Below are positions 61,191 through 64,000 of a stretch of DNA of 64,000 nt, in pieces. The DNA is from Podarcis bocagei (lineage: Eukaryota). The stretch is from assembly GCA_964188305.1 (NCBI GenBank), contig OZ076886.1; one strand, 5' to 3'. Every line of letters begins with the position of its first letter. Position 1 is the stretch's first letter. The notes beneath the pieces are model-generated. The model was not told the DNA's origin and did not search any database. It worked only from the letters and a program-made list of their open reading frames with translations. The position numbers and the translations under genes were made by a program.

Positions 61191-64000
61191 CTCTATGGCC
61201 ATGTGCAAGAGCATAAGAAATGGAGTTGTGATATACGCATGTGAGTCTGCATGTACAGATAAAAGCCTCCTTGTGCTCCTGGACACTATTCACATTTATC
61301 TGTGTACATGGAATACATGTACACTTGGATGCTTGAGCTGACAGCAGCTTTAGCAGGAATTTCTGAAGACGTATGGAAGATACTGCCAAGGAGTGACAGT
61401 GGCCCAGTGTTACGGGGGAAACCACTGGAAATAACTACCTGGGTCTCCCTTTCACTCACACTCAGCATTTGGATGAATAACTCTTTCTGACCTCAAGGAT
61501 TCAACAGCCATGGATCTGCTATCAGATTCCAGTGGCAAACACTGGCAGCCCTGTGTCAACAGAACCTATATCTAGCTGATTCCCCCTGTCATGTGACAGC
61601 TTTACATTTACGGCAACTGAATTTGGTGGCAGCGGAAACATTCTATGTGCAAAAAGGCTTTTGCAGAGCAGCTGTTGTGGCCAATGCCTCGACAGGTTAC
61701 AGACACTGATTTTTTGCAAGGGGGTAGGGAGAAGGAGAAATCCAATCCCTGTATAGTGTATAGGAAGTAAAATATACTTTCCCCATCCTGAATATATATT
61801 TTTTAATTTGCGTGTCGAGTCCAGTGGTTTAGCCCAAGGAAACATTATGCTTCCACTGAGTTGTGCTGTTCAGCGTGGTTAAAACTAGTATTTGTTTGTG
61901 TATTGCGCCACATACCCAGTTTATACATATACCTTAACTTACCCTCCTCTTAGTATCGGCAGCTTCCTGCATTGTTTTCCTGAGCCTGAAACTCTGTTCC
62001 TGTCTCTTTTCGATCTCACAGTATGAAATCGAACCCATTAGTCTCAATGTAAATGTGGTCTGCAAACAGGCTAGCAGGTGTTGCTGCACAACTCTCTCTC
62101 TCAACCCTTCAAGACAGCTTGCTGGACTAGATGGACTTCCAGTCTGATCTAGCAAGGCAGTTTTTAAATGATTCCTGATGGACTGTATGTGCTAACGAGA
62201 ATAGCTAATCTTTGGTTGCAATCCACTTTCCTTGGCGTAAGTCCACTTGAGGCCAGTGGGATTCACTCCAGAATAAGGTTGTGCTGTAAATGTGGTAGTT
62301 TAGTGGAAAAAAACAACGAAGAAGGGTTGCACTCCTGGTGCAGGGCAGTAGTGACCAGCAAAGGCTTTTGAGGAATATGTGTTGCATAAAATCAAAGTTT
62401 AAAAACTCTGCTATAAGTGGTACTGCTGATGTTACCACTGTTTTACATGAGTCGGAAGGAATCACAGCTGTGTGACCACCGATTGCATGTGTTGTGGTCA
62501 GCTGTGTTACTCTTAAAAGAGCATTGATGGTATAATGAAACAGCTTGGATGCAATTGGGGTTCAGCTTTCTATAGGCATTCTGCACACTGGCTCGATAAT
62601 ACTGTTTCTTCCCCAATCTCCTCCTCGCACAGAGGCTGGTTTCTCCAACAAAGCAGCAGCATGCTGGAAGTGGAAGTGGAGAGGCTTCATTTTAAGATGG
62701 GAGGGACCTTAGAATGTGCATGAATGAAAGATGAAATACAGGGAAGTGATGGCTGTTGCTTTTTAAGAGACAAATTAATTATGAGGGTGCACCATACGGT
62801 GAATAGGTAGGATGAAAAAGAAAATAAGTGCATATAGAAAGTGGCTGAGTCAGAGTCTGCAAAGACTTTGGTCAGTAAGGTTTCCACTGTTCACTGTTCC
62901 TCAGCATGATAATCCCTAAGGAAACAAAGGTGCCCTTTATTTTGACATTTCTGTAAAACCTACACTTGTTTCAACCACAGATTGCTTTAAAAAAAACTGT
63001 TTTGAAATGCTAATCCAGCTAACCTAATTGTCATAAACATTTCTTTCAAAGTGTGCTATGCAAGAGGTGGTACAAATGGCTTGTTACATGCTGCTGTAAT
63101 AACTGGAATACTCCAATGTAGGGGTGTACCAGGGGTTGGCCAGGTTGGCTCTCGCCAAGGGTGCCGGCCCAGGGTGGCACCAAAATCGTGCCCCTCCACT
63201 CTGGCTCTCTGCCCATCGGCACGCTCCCTGGGCCGCCACTCCACTGCTTTGGGTGGCTGGACAAGGTGCACAGACTGCTCTGGGCACCTCGGCAGGCCCC
63301 CGGTATGAGCTTAGAGGGAAGAAAGACATGAATTGCAAGAGGAGCGAAAAGGAAGGAAGCAGAAGAGGAAGCAGTGAGTGGAGGGTGGAAAAAAGGCAGG
63401 TAGGCAAAGAGAGAGATCAGTGGAGGAGGTGGTGGTAGGGAGGCTGAGCAAAGCGGACTCGACCCTGATGGCCGCAAAGGAAGTCAATAGTGGAGCGTGA
63501 AAGGCAAACCCTTTGAGTTTCTGATCCATGGTATCTCCTGGCTTCAGAGGTGCCAATAGAGTTCCTTGCCAAGGGCGTCTGGGAACTTATGTATGCCTCT
63601 GCTCAAATGGTTAATGCCTGGGCTCATTTGAAACTAGAATTGGATGTTTACAAATATTCAGCCATCAAACTCTACAGGGAAAACTCTTTCCTTGGGAAGT
63701 AACCATAAAGGGTGGTCCTTTTTTCTTGTCCTCACAGAGGGAAAGAATAACAATTTACAAAATGTTACATTACAAGATCAATGCCTACCACCCCAAACAT
63801 AGATGTTATGGCGGGGGCACTTGTAACCCCCCTTTTCTTTCTGTCATAGGAAAGAAAAAGGTGAAGGAAAGCCTGATTAGAATTTACTGTACACATCACT
63901 CTAAATAGTAACACCTAGTATTTTTGCTTGCCGATCTTCCTATTGTATAAATGTTAGAGACATTTTGTTTTGGCAAAATGATATTAATTATATATATTAA
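61191..64000 (+). other. TNIP1: Probable TNIP1 3' UTR and downstream flank (3' end not determined)
   Basis: Follows the stop codon. No canonical + strand AATAAA seen; variant TATAAA near 63945 and the window ends in ATTAA. Confidence 0.45.
63120..63600. mobile_element. GC-rich non-autonomous DNA transposon remnant
   Basis: Imperfect TIRs AGGGGTGTAC / GTATGCCTCT (CpG-decayed) and subterminal GCCAAGGG repeats near both ends. Confidence 0.5.

Noticed and set aside
63495-63530. SECIS-like GTGA...AAA...TGAT
   Set aside because: Spacing between the core and the AA motif is too short, it is on the wrong strand for a convergent GPX3, and it lies inside a transposon remnant.

Overview
Eukaryotic (squamate) genomic DNA, most likely a lacertid lizard, judged from Sauria/Squam1 and Squam3-type SINEs and BovB, CR1 and L2 LINEs. 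The window holds one protein-coding gene on the + strand, TNIP1 (ABIN-1/Naf1, a ubiquitin-binding NF-kB inhibitor and autophagy-linked protein). I reconstructed 17 coding exons by hand from 33462 to 61190. All have GT-AG boundaries and consistent phases, summing to 1881 nt (626 aa plus stop). A CpG-rich promoter with kB, GC-box and AP-1 motifs and a probable first exon lie at about 11.5-11.84 kb, followed by a 21.6-kb first intron. The rest is intron or intergenic DNA with transposon relics, several with readable target-site duplications (TSDs), and microsatellites. Nearly all ORFs in the supplied track are spurious or TE-derived. The most notable observations are: (1) exon 15 looks like a degenerate copy of UBAN exon 14, exactly 42 residues (6 heptads) downstream; (2) a spliced, in-frame uORF stops 9 nt before the TNIP1 start codon; (3) the first LIR-like motif appears lost while the second is kept. 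I found no prokaryote-type system (CRISPR, operon) and no true tRNA or rRNA gene. Comparisons with human TNIP1 are from memory, not from an alignment run here.
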